Both the position numbers and the translations under genes were made by a program. Below the pieces are notes generated by a model. That model did not search any database and was not told the origin of the DNA. It saw only the letters and a list, made by a program, of their open reading frames with translations. From Somniosus microcephalus (taxonomy: Eukaryota): a DNA stretch of 64,000 nucleotides. This document shows, in pieces, positions 1 through 12,662 of this stretch. The stretch lies in the NCBI GenBank assembly GCA_052327205.1, contig CM126230.1, positions 16,740,001-16,804,000 of the forward strand. Direction: 5' to 3'. Every line of letters begins with the position of its first letter. The stretch's first letter is position 1.

Positions 1-1068
1 GAGGCTGCGTGACTGAAATTTTAGCGTGTTTTTACATTTAACGGCTGCGGGCCGGGTTTTCCAGGGCTCGGGAAACCCGGCAGCTGAAGGGAGGTGAGAA
101 GGGCTGGATCCAGCAGGTAAGTGCCTTTCCAGCACTGCTTGTGGGCCAGGAGCAGGAGTGCTTTGCCCCGGCCCTCCAAACTAACCTGCCGCAATCTGCA
201 GGCCCCCCCACAGCACGATCTCTCCCTCCTTCCATTCCGCTCCCCAGCTGGGGCCTACCAGCCCAGGCCTTCCCGCTCGACAGCCAGCTGGCCTTTCAAT
301 CTGGCCGGCTGGGAAACGGAGACAAAAAATTCAACTGAGGTTCTGCCATTAAATTCGGGAAGACCTCCAGGTTACTCGTATTTTGCGGGCGCTCCAATCC
401 CCCGCTCCCACCCTGTAACTATCAGGGCCAATGTGTAGACATCGCAGGAAGAGATTTATAAAGATGTCTTTCTCCACGAGAAGGGCAGTGATATTGAAAG
501 AAGTGGTGAGGATTGAACAGTCACAGTATTGCAAACCGGCAATGGCTCATTGAGATTGAAGCCCTATCTTTCATTCTTGGATCTGTTGCTACTTTGAGTG
601 GAATGGTCACCATATCTCTCTGGAAAGGTTGTGCCTACTAAGCAGCTCCACATTTTACTTCCAAATACGGCAGCGCTCCGAGCAGCTGCAAGTGTAACTG
701 TAGCCGAGTGAGGCGGGAGTCCAATTTCTTTCAGACTGATGGCAGTGAACACGCAAAACACTTCAGCCTTCCCCAGTCCAGCAGGGGACAATTCAGAGAG
801 ATGAAGAGGGTGGGAGGGTCGACCTCATGGAGACGGAGGGAGGGGGCAAGTGAAAGGGAGGATTCTGAGACACAGAAAGCGAGAGCTTGTGTAACTATGG
901 AAAAAGCAACTGAACCCAGATCACTTTCAACGTTGTGAATAATTGTAAACAACTCCTTAAGAGTAACTTTTTTTTTTAAACAGTATTGGCTGAGAAAGCG
1001 TTGCATGTTGTAATGAAGATTTAATATCTGTAATTTTGCACTGTTTCTCTGCTGCTCTCTATTTGTTC

Positions 1069-1582
1069 CATAAGAACATACATAAGAAATAGGAGCAGGA
1101 GTCGGCCATTCGGCCCCTCGAGCCTGCTCCGCCATTCAATAAGATCATGGCTGATCTTCTACTTCATCTCCACTTTCCTGCACTGTCCCCATATCCCTTA
1201 ATATCCAAAATTCTATCGATCTCTGTCTTGAATATACTCAACGACTGAGCTTATCCACAGCCCTCTGGGGTAGAGAATTCCAAAGATTCACCACTCTCTT
1301 TCTCCTCATCTCAGTCCTAAATGGCCGACCCCTTATTCTGAGACTGTGACCCCTGGTTCTAGACTCCCCAGCCAGGGGAAACATCCTCTCTGCATCTACC
1401 CTGTCAAGCCCTGTAAGAATTTTGTATATTTCAATGAGATCACCTCTTATTCATCTAAACTCTAGAGAATACTGGCCTAGTCTACTCAATCTGTCCTCAT
1501 AGGACAATCCCCCCATCCCAGGAATCAGTCTAGTGAACCTTCGTTGCACTCCCTCTATGGCAAGTATATCCTTCCTTAGGTA
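1069..1582 (-). mobile_element. CR1/HER1-type LINE 3' fragment
   Basis: Reverse complement of the CR1 3' tail (ggccgactcctgctcctatttcttatg) plus decayed RT C-terminus. Similar to 16494-16903 and 52480-52872. Confidence 0.85.
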
Positions 1583-1804
1583 CGCTGAGTGTGTGCAGGA
1601 GAGATGGAGAGAGATAATGGAGGGAGAAACTGTACCTGCCTTTGTTATAAGTCTTTATTACAGAGGCTCTCCGTTGTAACTGCTGCTTTTGGGATGTCAA
1701 ACTAAAACAAGGCCTGAAAAGCACGGTGGGCCTGTAGAAGATGGTGATGCAGTACCTAACCCGTGCCACGGGGTGGCGCTAGAACACCAGCGTTGATTAT
1801 TAGC

Positions 1805-1920
1805 AAAATACTGCAGATGCTGGAAATCTGAAATAAAAACAGAAAACGCTGGAAATACTCAGCAGGCCAGGCAGTATCTGTGGAGAAAGAAACCGAGTTA
1901 ACGTTTCAGCTCGATGACCC
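1805..1920. mobile_element. Penelope-like repeat fragment with 12-bp flanking duplication
   Basis: ctgcagatgctggaaatctgaaataaaaacagaaa...aacgtttcag, flanked by TTGATTATTAGC at 1793-1804 and 1921-1932. A related copy lies at 53280-53410. Family call from recall. Confidence 0.55.
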
Positions 1921-3166
1921 TTGATTATTAGCCCCTGGTGGCCATATTGAAGTACTGCAACAGTAAAATTCTTTAATCCTGGACAGCTACATCAGCAGAA
2001 ATTGTACTGAAAGACATTCCCCCAGCTGTGTAATCATCTTGAGTGTAATCGTCTTGTTGCTGGTTGGTACCGTAAGGCGCTAACTCCAGGGATACAAGCG
2101 CTGCCCCAGTCTGAGCCAGCTTGTTTGCCCGGTCGGCCATTTGCTCAGTGGGCTCCGAGGGTGATGGGAGTCGTCGGGGGGGGGGGAAGAGAGGGGCGTG
2201 GGGGCTGGAGTCGGGGGGGTGGGAGTCGGGGGGGCAGGAGTCTGGCCCACTCTTCTCCTGCTCTTGACGTTACAGATTGCCTTGTAGCTCTCGGATTGGC
2301 GTCTGTGGCTATGGTCGCACGGTGCACTTTGACCCCACTGTGGATGGGCTTCTCATAGGAATGAACCCGGCCACTTGCCAAACGCCGAGTTTTGAGTTGA
2401 CGTTGTGCCAGAGACTCCTCTCCTGGAGATCTGAATGTGGCTGGACGCGGCGGGGTGCAGGTGGGGGGGGGGGGGGGCAGCCACAGTCACCTGGAGTAAT
2501 ACGAAGGGAAATAAATTCAGCACAACCCGTGACAGTCTCAGCTGGCTATATGCTGCCATTGATGCCCTGTGTACACAGAGTCAAACACTACAGTACGCTA
2601 GTCCCAACCGTGGCTCGCTGACTCTTGGTTTCCAAAGGCTAGTCCTGAATCTTTCAGTCTGTAAAAGTTGTGTCTCTCTGCCCGTGGTAACGCTCTATCA
2701 TTTCCTATTTAAGGGTCAGGTTGGGTACCTGATGTGTTGGATGTGTGATGTACCCCAGTCCTACCCGTGTTCTGCACAGGTCCCGTGCTCATGGAGTCTA
2801 CATTGCTAATGGGTCCTAGTGTGTTTGATAACTGGACCATCTGTAGTGAGTTCACGCCTGGTTGTCCGAAGGTTGGTTTCTCCAGCTCCGATCAGATCTG
2901 TTGCTGCAGTCACACAATGAAAAAAGGAACCCTCCTGTCTTCAATCCTGTGCAATCAAGTAGAATCCAGTCATAGCAGAATATTTTCTTTGCTGATGTAT
3001 TGAGTGAAAATTGATGAGCGCCCCTCTGTAGGGGTGGGGGGTAACACATGGGAAAATTCGTTCCCCACCAGAAGAGGAGCTGCGACAGGTCGGGTTATTC
3101 CGCAGTGTGCTGCACTTCAATGCGATTTGAGAACTAAACCATCTTTTTAATTCTTTCCTCCCACAG

Positions 3167-3186
3167 ATCATCAACACTGCAGCCAA
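3167..3186 (+). CDS. LDB3: LDB3 20-nt microexon (IINTAA[N]), equivalent of the skeletal-muscle microexon preceding the second ZM exon
   Basis: Pyrimidine tract ttctttcctcccacAG, exon ATCATCAACACTGCAGCCAA, donor GTTAGT. It ends in phase 2 and joins 9024 in frame (AA|T = Asn). It resembles mammalian VVVNSPA(N) as recalled. Confidence 0.8.
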
Positions 3187-3783
3187 GTTAGTGGGCCGCC
3201 ATATTGTGGTAGTGTGTTGTGTGGTGTGACCTACTGACGGGCAGCATGAAGAGCCCCCCTGTCGCTCCAACCTGCTGTGTTTGCTCCTTCTCGAGAGTTG
3301 CTGTGCAGCATGAACTCGATGCGAAGTTGTTTTCTCGGAGATTGAAGTCCGAGCTGCTTTACAGAGTCATTGCTGTGGTGTAATATTTCCTTTCATCCTG
3401 AACACCGAGAAACAGTGCAGGGTTTAAAATCTTGTAGTTTGTCCCATGCTTACACATCAGAAACCGAGGAAGGGGGAGCCTTTTTTCCCCTTATCAGAAT
3501 TCCTGCGATTTGAGCATCAGTACGGATATTTCTTGAATCTACTATTCTAACAGAATTTTTGGAAATGATCCGGTTTAAGATGAAGGACACTTGCCTGGGT
3601 TATGAAGTGAGAGCAGGGTTGCGGGATACGTTTTGGTCCGATCTAGCAACGAGCCGGCACAGGCACGATGGGCTGAGTGGCCTCCTTCTGTGCTGCAAGC
3701 TTCTGTGGTTCGGCAAATCCACCAAAACTGTGATTCGCCGAGGACGTTCGCGAGCGCTCCGATCCCCTTTTTTATGCAGTGGC

Positions 3784-4275
3784 AACTTGCATTTATATAG
3801 CGCCTTTTAACGTAGGAAAACATCCCAAGGCACAGGAGAGTAATCAGACAAAGCATGACACCGAGCCAAAGAAGGGAATATTAGCCTGGATGACTAAAAG
3901 CTTAGCTAAAGTGGTGGGTTTTAAGGAGGGTCTTAAAGGAAGGTAGAGGCAGAGAGGTTTAGGGAGAGAATTCCACAGCTTCGTGCCAAGGAGCAGGAGC
4001 TGAAGCTCCGGCCGCCTATGGTGGGGCAGAGGGATTGGGGCATGCGCAAGAGGCCAGAGTTGGAGGAAACGCAGAGTTCTCGGAGGGTTGTAGGGCTGCC
4101 GGAAGCCACAGAGATAGGGAGCGGTGAGCCCATGGAGGGATCTGAACACTTGTATGAGAATTTTAAGATATAGGCCTTGGTGGACTGGAAGCCAATGTAG
4201 GTCAAGGAGCACAGGGGTGATGGGTGAGCGGGACTTGGTGCAGGTTAGGATACGGGCAGCAGAGTGTTGGTGTTT
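3784..4275 (-). mobile_element. L2-clade LINE 3' fragment
   Basis: Minus ORF AARILTCTKSRSPITPVLLDLHWLPV...LKIL...LWNSLP and L2 tail (aaggcgctatataaatgcaagtt). Confidence 0.85.
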
Positions 4276-7200
4276 ATGCAGTGGTGTTGCTGGTGCATAG
4301 CCCATGGGTGGAACAACAAGGGGATGGGAGAGAAAGAGTAGGGACAGCAATAAAGAGAGAGAAAAAATGAGTGACAGAAGGAAATGGGATAAAGTTAACA
4401 ACGAGGAGAAAGGGACAAGATTGAGAAAAGAAGCTGAAGGCAAGAGATGATCCAAGGGACGGATGGGATCGTAGACTCGGCCACAACAAGCCTGCACGGA
4501 CGGGCTGATGAGTAGAGAGAGGATGTCCAGTACACAATGCTTAACGAGGGTCACACGGAGAGACAATTAACAGACAAATGTCGGAAATACACAGCAGGAG
4601 AATCCGTATTTAAAATGGAAGTTAGTTGATGTCTGACGCTGTGTACTTCCAGTGTTTTCTGTATAAATGTGTGTAGTTTTAGATTGGGATTTTCCTGTGT
4701 GCCGCCTGTAAAAACACGCCAAGAAAACCCCCAAAACTGTGTCACTCTTTCCACCCTCTTCCTGGTGTGTTCCGACCTCTGTGCACAGGCAAATTGGAAA
4801 TAAACTGAAGAAAAATGATCGATGTATACAAGGTAAACGCTGGTGGAGACCACTCGTGGCTTTATCGTGCGAGGCTATAATTCACTGTCATAAACTCCTT
4901 GTTTGCATTCTGTTACACATTGCCCCCATATTTCCCGGGACTGGAGAGGACGTTGGTCACATTACCTGCCTGGGCGGGGGGAGCTGAAACCCGACTCCAA
5001 CAGCATTCGGCACCGTTTAGACTGAACCCTTAAATTCTGGCTGGGCGGCCATTGGCAGATCTTGCATTCCCTCCTCCTCACTGTCTTGGCCGTGTTGGAG
5101 TGAGTTCCCAGGTTTCTCTGAGATAATTGTTCCCTTTACTCCCCTGAAAGGCCTCAGTGGAACCCAGGTCAGTGGAGACCTACTGTGAGTCTCTTGGAGG
5201 CCTTCTCAAGGCCCCCGAACCTTCACTAGAGTACGGTGATCGATCCCAGAGGGGATTGATTATCACTGTAGTCTAGAGTGGCTCCAGTCACCGCTGAAGA
5301 ATTTTTATATATAATTAAATATATTTCCTTTGGGCCTTGGGAGGACTCACTCACCCTTACAAGGGCCGACTGTCTCGAGCTGGGGGTGGCCTGGCCCGGC
5401 TAGGCAAGTGACCCCAGCCCCTGGATTTTGGTAAGAGCAGACAGGGTATCACTTAACACCAGTGGAGCGGGGCTGCAGGATTTTCCAGGCCCTTGTGTTT
5501 ATATCGCCGCCAGGTTATGAGTTTACTGCCTGATTTAATTTTTAAAAGAACATTCTGTGATTGGGTGACACCGTCTCCCACTGGTGCTCTCAGGGAAGCA
5601 AGAATGGCCTCCTGTCCGTTGGGTTCAAGATGGCTGCTCGGTAATTTTCACAACGCCAAGCTGGACAACAAAACAGCGCGTGTGTGGAAACAGACTGACG
5701 CCGGGGTCTTCATGGAGTGGGCTCTGTGACCGTCACCTGCCCATGAACCCACAGCCCTGCCCCCTAGCCAGAGCCCTGCCTCTGCTTCTGGACAGTGCTC
5801 GCAGAATGGGGTATTGATCCGAATTGCCGGTCAGCAGCATGTTGAGGCTCTCCTACACCGCCGAGGCTGGTGCTCCTGCTCAAGGTGCGTCTATGCGCGG
5901 GAGCCGGATGAGAATCGGATTGGTGCAGCTGCAGTACCTCCCGTGGTTGAAGAGCCCGCTGACCCTGTCTAGTTTCACAACTGAAAATGGCCCGTTATGT
6001 GAGGGACTGGAGGGAGGCCCATGTCCCGAATGAGTCCATTGACTTCATCGAGCATGTTGACGGGTTGGTGTTTGGATTTGAAGCATGTTCTGTGGGGTTT
6101 TGATAATGGGGTGATGGTGTGAGGTTTTACTGCTGATACAGAGCTTTCCCAATGGTGGTGATGAGTCAGAGAATAAGCCTCCTGTCCCAATCTCTGACCC
6201 GTGCTCACATCTCTCGAGACTCTGCCTCAGCACCAGAGTCTGAAGTAATTACTCCTATTATATCTCCGCCTCAGTGTATCTAATCTGCAAAAAACCCCAG
6301 AGGCAAAGAGGAGCTTTGTGTAGAATTCAGCAGATGCGAAACACAATGAGCTCGTAGGGAATCCCAGTTCAGATTGAGCCCTCGCTGAAAAGAAAGCTTT
6401 TCCGTCCTCCATGTCTGGCTGGGGAATTAGAATATTGCATTGGTTCAGTAGGACCTGTTCCCAGGTTAGAGCTGGGATGGTGTCGAGGGAGCTCCAACCC
6501 ATCCTGTACCTGACCTAGTGAGTGAGGTCATCTCAAAACACAAGGGCTTTCCTCACTTGGTGAGAACTCCACTTTCACAAAAATAAGCGGAATCCATTGC
6601 GGGCGCATTACCCAATCTGTCTAACATTGTAATGTCACCTCCCTGGTCATACAGTATTACGTTGTGTTCCTACTATTCCAGAGGCCACTGCCCTCTGCCA
6701 TAGTTCATCAACCATCCAGGATTGCCCTGGAGTCTCCAGGAATTGAAGATTAATTTCCGGGACACTACCCCGAGCAACATCAGGGGAAAACTCATCGGGC
6801 AGTTACAGATGGGAGGTCATGTGATGAAACGTCCAGAAATACATCCAACTAGAGCTGCCAACCCAACTCTGCCCTTTGCTTTTCAAACGCTTCTGGCTTC
6901 AGGCCAGAGAACAGGACCGTCACTTGTCACTGTCCATCCTCCGCTGGATAGAGCCGTAGGGCGAGCAGGCTCATTCCCAACCATTGAGTCTCTGGCCAGG
7001 CCAGCAGGATGGTGACACCAAACTTGCCACCATTGATCCTCCTCTTGCTGAGACTCCAGCCAAGGCCGGGCACACCTCACCTTTTTATTTGCCATACCCC
7101 TTGTTTTGGGTGCGAGTTGGAGTTCAACAGACTAGGCCCGAGCTGAGTCCAGTCTATCCCCTACCTGGTACATGCTACATTTTAACTTCAAAGAGCTGCC

Positions 7201-7447
7201 AAGATTTTGAGAGGGAAAAGAATTAGCAGCTGTGCATGTGACGTACACATGCAATTAGTTTTTTATGAAATCGGAGCTGCCCATTCAAAAACTGTTGACA
7301 TTAAGTGCAGCCAAATGTAGTTGGGACATTGGGACAGTGCTGGGGTTTGAAGCAGGGGGAAGGGGGGCTACAAAAATAAACTGGAAGTAACATACCTGCT
7401 CATCTCCACCCCTTGCCCAATGGTGGCTTTAAGCTAGATATCTGCAG

Positions 7448-7710
7448 TGCATGCTGGTTTAAAAAAACAGGTTTTCTAGTTTGTATTCTGGGTAATATGG
7501 CAGGGCTGCGCAATGCATGCTGGGCATTATGACGGCTGCACAATGCATGCTGGGCATTGTGGCAGGGTTGCGCAATGCGTGCTGGGTAAGATGGCAGTGT
7601 TGCGCAATGCATGCTGGGCAGTGACCTTTCTGCCTTGTCCTTGGGCAATGCTGGTGTGAGCCGTGCATGCTGGATAATGGGGCGAGTTTGTGCAATGCAT
7701 GTTGGGTATT
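7448..7710. repeat. Degenerate ~30-32-bp tandem array (GCGCAATGCATGCTGGG core)
   Basis: Core recurs at about 7509, 7539, 7570, 7602, 7662 and 7690. Six perfect TGCATG. Confidence 0.8.
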
Positions 7711-9023
7711 GACTGATCATCGTAAAGGGGTTCCGTGCTAGCTCAGCATTTTAATGCCTCTGGCAGGGATTCAAAACAAGTTTCTTTCATAAAGGGGAAA
7801 AGCAGAAGTGTTTTAGTTAAGTGCCGGTGACCGCAGATTGAAGAGGCAATGGTCGGTTGGCATTCCGCCCCTTCATCTTTACATCTGAAGGCTTTCTCTA
7901 ACATCCTGGAATTGAGTTGCTGATGGTTTCTTGCATGAAAGTACTGCCGAGTTACCACAGCAAATGCAAGAAACTGTTCTGTTTAAATCACTTGACTTTT
8001 TATTTGAGAAGGGGCTGATAGAATGTAGTGCAAACTTTAAAGGCCCCGTTAAACAGCTCCTAGTCAGCTAGTGACCTGCATGGCCTGCTCTTTCCCGTGA
8101 CAATATGTAGATGTTGGGTAAGGATAAGCAGAGGTTTCAGCTACTTGGTTGCTTCTTTCCTGTATCTGTAGGTCTCCCTGGTTGTAGCCTCGTTTCCCAC
8201 TAAGTGGGTCCGTCCGACTCAACTGCCCTTCACCAGCGAATCCCTGCAAATGGATACTGGGCTCTGGGGGACCTACCCTCTATCGAAGGGCATTGTTCCC
8301 TCCCCACCCCCAGCAGGAAGCTGCCACGCCTGTCTAACTGTCTCCCTCGAGATGGTGGAGGTCAGGAATACAGTGGGTGAGATCTGTGGCCGCTCTGCTG
8401 ACATGACACCATTAACCTATTTTAAAATCACTGTGAACCATGGATTTTAAGTATTAGCTTTGGTGGCATTGCAGGCCATTGAGCTTTTTATCTTCTGTGT
8501 TTATGTTTATCTTTTTTTGTTTTGTTTTTAACGTGTTTGGCCGTTCACTCCCCACTGAGGGGGCTACTCGGTGATGGTCTCCAGGGTGCCTTCCTGTACC
8601 TCTAGCTGTCCAGTACAAGAGTTCGGACAGAGCTGCCCCCGTGCTTGCTCCTTTCCTCCCCTCGGTGAGTCACGGGCAGACTTGACCACTTTTAAGATGA
8701 GTCCCAAAATCACCCTGTCATCCTTTACTCCAACCCATCAGTGGGCATTTGAAGGTAGGGGCCCAAAACGACACACGCTGGGGATTCCATATTCAGAATA
8801 TTGTAAGAGAATTGGGGTGGGGGTGCAAAGGGAAGATTGGCAGGCGGCCTTTTCCTCCTGGGACTTGCATTTGGACTTTCAAACGGGGATGTAAATTTAG
8901 AATAAGTAGCTTCTGCTTACCCATCCCCACCCCTCTCCATCACTGGCTATACTTTTCCCTGCATTGTTCTCTTCCCTTCACATTTTACTCTCCTCTCCTC
9001 TCCTTTCTCACTCCCACAAACAG

Positions 9024-9227
9024 TAGTGATTTTGCGGAGCGTTTCAACCCCAACGTCCTGAAGGACTCCGTGTTGTCTACACACAAGCCCATCGAAGTGA
9101 AAGGCCCTGGTGGGAAGGCCACCATCATCCATGCCCAGTATAACACCCCCATCAGCATGTACTCCCAAGATGCCATCATGGATGCCATTGCTGGCCAGGC
9201 TCATGCCAGGGGCAGTGATCTTTCAAG
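9024..9227 (+). CDS. LDB3: LDB3 exon encoding the ZM (ZASP-like) motif
   Basis: Translates SDFAERFNPNVLKDSVLSTHKPIEVKGPGGKATIIHAQYNTPISMYSQDAIMDAIAGQAHARGSDLS, near-identical to the LDB3 skeletal ZM exon. Long pyrimidine tract + cAG, donor AG|GTAGGC, 204 nt, phase 2-2. Confidence 0.97.
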
Positions 9228-11207
9228 GTAGGCCAAGAAAAACTAAGATCTGTTGCTTGCATACAAAACCTTGAGGAGCCATTGTATGTCTCTGAAATTC
9301 ATAAACAAGGAGAGTATATTAAATGAAACCATTTCACAGAAAAATAAATGATTAACATTTAATTGAAGGACAGTGATTGATTAAAGGGTGTTCAATGAAA
9401 AGTAAACTTCTGGCCTGATGGGAGCCATTTATGGGTTTACTCCTTCCTCTGAACACCTGGCCTTTCAAGCTCTGCAGATGCATCTGCCGTGGGAGTCTTG
9501 GCAAGCAGCTGTAGACTAGTAGTAGAAACAGTCCTGGACACTTGGAGAGGTGTCTGGCCTGAGAAATATCAGTCCCCACCATGGGCCAGTGAGTCCACTG
9601 GCACACTGGATTGCATCAGCCATGGGATGCGGGTTTGATGTATTTTATCCCACCTTCCCTCCCTGCTTTCCCCCCCCACTCCTCCCCGTGACAGGTGCTG
9701 CTCAACTCCCAATCTCAGCCAGGCTGCCTCTCCACACAAAGGGCAGAATCGAAGGGCATTGTTCCTGAGACATTTACACATCTCCGCAGGACCCTCTGAG
9801 TGGCATGAGCTGGGGCTCAACACCAGATCTCCCACCCATCCTCTCAGGTGGAGGTGTCTGAGCGAAACCAAAGGGACAACAGCTGATCAGTAAAATACTG
9901 GCTGGTTTATGTGATTTTTATAAGACAGCCATTTTCAGTTTACAGATAGGAATGAGCTTAGTTTTCAGAATTTGCTCAGGAATTCTTCGATCCCATGACT
10001 ACCAGGAGAGCGAGCCTCTCTGTGTGCCGCAGCTTCACGCAACCCATTGAACTAGTACAACAAGAGAAGCGTTCCGCGACACATTAGGAGCTTCCTGTAA
10101 ATGCAGCCTGTGTGTCTGTCTATGTATGTATGACTGTGTGTGCACAGCGCGGATCTAAGCAGAGAGCTGCAGGTGTTGGACACTGTGGGAGGAGCTGTTT
10201 CCCCCTTCACCTTTCCGCCCATGCCGAGGAGGTTTCTCAGGTGTCAGTCAGAGGTTGAAGGTCATCATGTGCTTGCTTTCTTTGCAGCCTTGACCCTGGG
10301 GAAGGGGCTGTGGGCCTTCTCCATCAATGGAATTTGAGGCCTAGCTAGATTTTAGATGGGACTTAAAAGTCCACACTATGAAATGAGATTCTTACTGAAA
10401 ATCATCAAGTATTATTGTTTAAAAAGAAACCTAGATTTGGGCGCAGGCTTCGATTTGTTTTGAAAGACTCCATGTTGCTTCCATAGAGTCAGCGATAATT
10501 GGCGCTTGTACTCCATGAGCATGGATTCCATGTATTCTCCACTACAGGTTTAAATGTTACAGTCAATCACTGAAATCTATCTTTGAGAAGAGCTTGGCAA
10601 AGCCAGAATCTGCCGGGTACAAAAAATGATCCACCACTAGAATCGAGCACAAGAAATAAAAATGGACCCCAAGTTTCAAGTGCGATCATCGTATAAAAGA
10701 TTTTTATGCAAGGGTCATATTTTTCAAACTGTGGGGAAAAAAATGCTTTATAGTATGACATTCTTCAGAGGTTTCCACACTGCGGTGATATCTGAAATGG
10801 GGTCTTGCCTGATGCTGCGGTGACGGTGCCGTCACTATGGTAACAGTTTACGTGGTGTAAGCGCTTGCAATAATTGTGTGATCTCCCCTGTGGATGGCTC
10901 ACTGAAGCCTCTTGAACTGTTGCCAATGTGATATCCTCTGTAGACCAGGGATTAGTATTGCAGCTCTTTCATTTTGATTGGTAGAGCAGTGTTTTATTCT
11001 AATTGTATGTTGCTTCTCTTTCTCCACCTTCACCCCCACCCCCACCCCACCCACACCCCAATCACTCACCCCCTCCACCACTCCCATGTCTAACACACAA
11101 CTGTCATTGTCATTTTTTGTTACCCGTCAATCAAACCGACCTACCTCCTAATAATCTCGGATACCAATGATCAATACCCTGGTGGTGTTTGATCATCTGA
11201 CCCTCAG

Positions 11208-11228
11208 TGGCCCTGAACCTCCATTTGC
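11208..11228 (+). CDS. LDB3: LDB3 21-nt alternative microexon ([S]GPEPPF[A])
   Basis: ccctcAG|TGGCCCTGAACCTCCATTTGC|GTAAGT: consensus donor, symmetric phase 2, keeps frame between the 9227 and 17393 junctions, preceded by a 216-nt AG-free zone. Confidence 0.8.
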
Positions 11229-12099
11229 GTAAGTAGGTCCATCTTTCATAACCAGACTATCGTTTCTTAACCAAATCTGTACTAAACTCACATGGGCCAG
11301 AGACACCATTTCAATCACACACACATGAGGTGGGAGTTTCCCCTTTCTTGGTTCCTTGCCATTTTACATTGAAATTGTGTCGGGACATCTTCATTTTTGG
11401 TTTTCTATTTTTAGAAAAAAAAATTCCAGGAATATTTTGTAAAAGTACTTCACCTTCCTCACCCCCACCACCACCGCCGAGTACATTCAGAGGGTGATCA
11501 TTTGTTAGACTGTTAGGTTATCGGACCTGTGCCAGCATCAAGACCTTTGGGAGATGGTGCGAAACTTCTGCTGCCAGCTGTTTGATGCTAGTCGCAGTAG
11601 TTGTAATTGAATGGGGCACAAGGAACCCTGGTGTCATGCGAAGTAGCGTGGCACTGCTGCCAACCAGTCATGGTTTTGTGCCTGGGCAGCCTGTTGCACT
11701 AGCTCACCTGCCTCCTAACTTGGAAGCTTGCATTGTAGAGAGGGAGCTCAGTCTGTCTGTGTCCATGTGAGGTGCTGCAATATAAAGCTAACCTCTGGTT
11801 GATTATCCGATAGTATGAGGGCATTGTGTGCAGTTGCCTCTCTGTATTTCCCTAAACCCTCAAAATGGGACAAAGGTGGAAAATCATCAGCTATTTGTTT
11901 TACCTAGAGACAGACTGTGTTTCAGAATTGTCATTTTATAGGCATTCTATTCACATTGCAGTCAGATCCGATTCAAAAAAATTTGCATCTTGAACCATCA
12001 ATGGTAAGCACAGTTTAATGTAGATAAACATAAAATAACTAGTAAGGAACTAGAATATGGGTTGAATGGGACAGTCATGCAGCATATTCATTGGGAAAG

Positions 12100-12662
12100 T
12101 GAATTTATGGTCATTGTGAAAGTCATCAATGAGTTAGGCAAACAAGGTATTGGGTTGCATTTGTAGAGGGGCAGAATGCAAATCAGAAAAACCAGTAGAT
12201 ATGAGAAGAACAGGTTTGCTGGATTACACCTGGAGTATTGCTTGCATACCATAGGAAAGATGTTATAGCCCAAGAGAGGATAAAGTGTAGGGCAACAAAG
12301 TTAACCTTTGGTCTCGGGAATTTAAAGTATAAGGAAAGGTTAGTGAAACTGGACATGCTTTTATCAGAAAGGAGAAATGAAGGGACATCAACAAAGTCGA
12401 TCATGACATTTAGATCCCACTGACAAAGATTTCAAAATTGGGAAACTTAGAAGAAAACAGTGAAGTCTGGTCAATCTATTTCACACACAATAATAGACTA
12501 ATGGAATAAGGTACCAGCGAAGTCAATGGTATAAATGGGCCAGAGAGGTAACTAGATGTGTTTGTAGCGATGTGGTGGGAAGGTGGATTCCAGCTTAACC
12601 ACAGCTTGGTGGGCTTGTTGGACCAAATGTTCTTCCCCAGTTCCTAAAATGTCCTACATTCC
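12100..12662 (+). mobile_element. Old, degenerate CR1 3' fragment
   Basis: Translation remnants (HRKDV...LKYKERLVKLD) and a CR1-like tail near 12620-12660. Confidence 0.6.

Noticed and set aside
2165-2240. G-quadruplex regulatory element
   Set aside because: G-runs are present but similar low-complexity tracts are common in the window, with no specific functional clue.
1-3100. LDB3 PDZ exons, cardiac ZM exon, or nested/adjacent melanopsin (OPN4) exons
   Set aside because: No matching peptide was seen in the ORF track or by eye. They presumably lie upstream of the window.
7448-7710. CRISPR-like array
   Set aside because: Vertebrate intron, degenerate repeats with no unique spacers and no cas genes.
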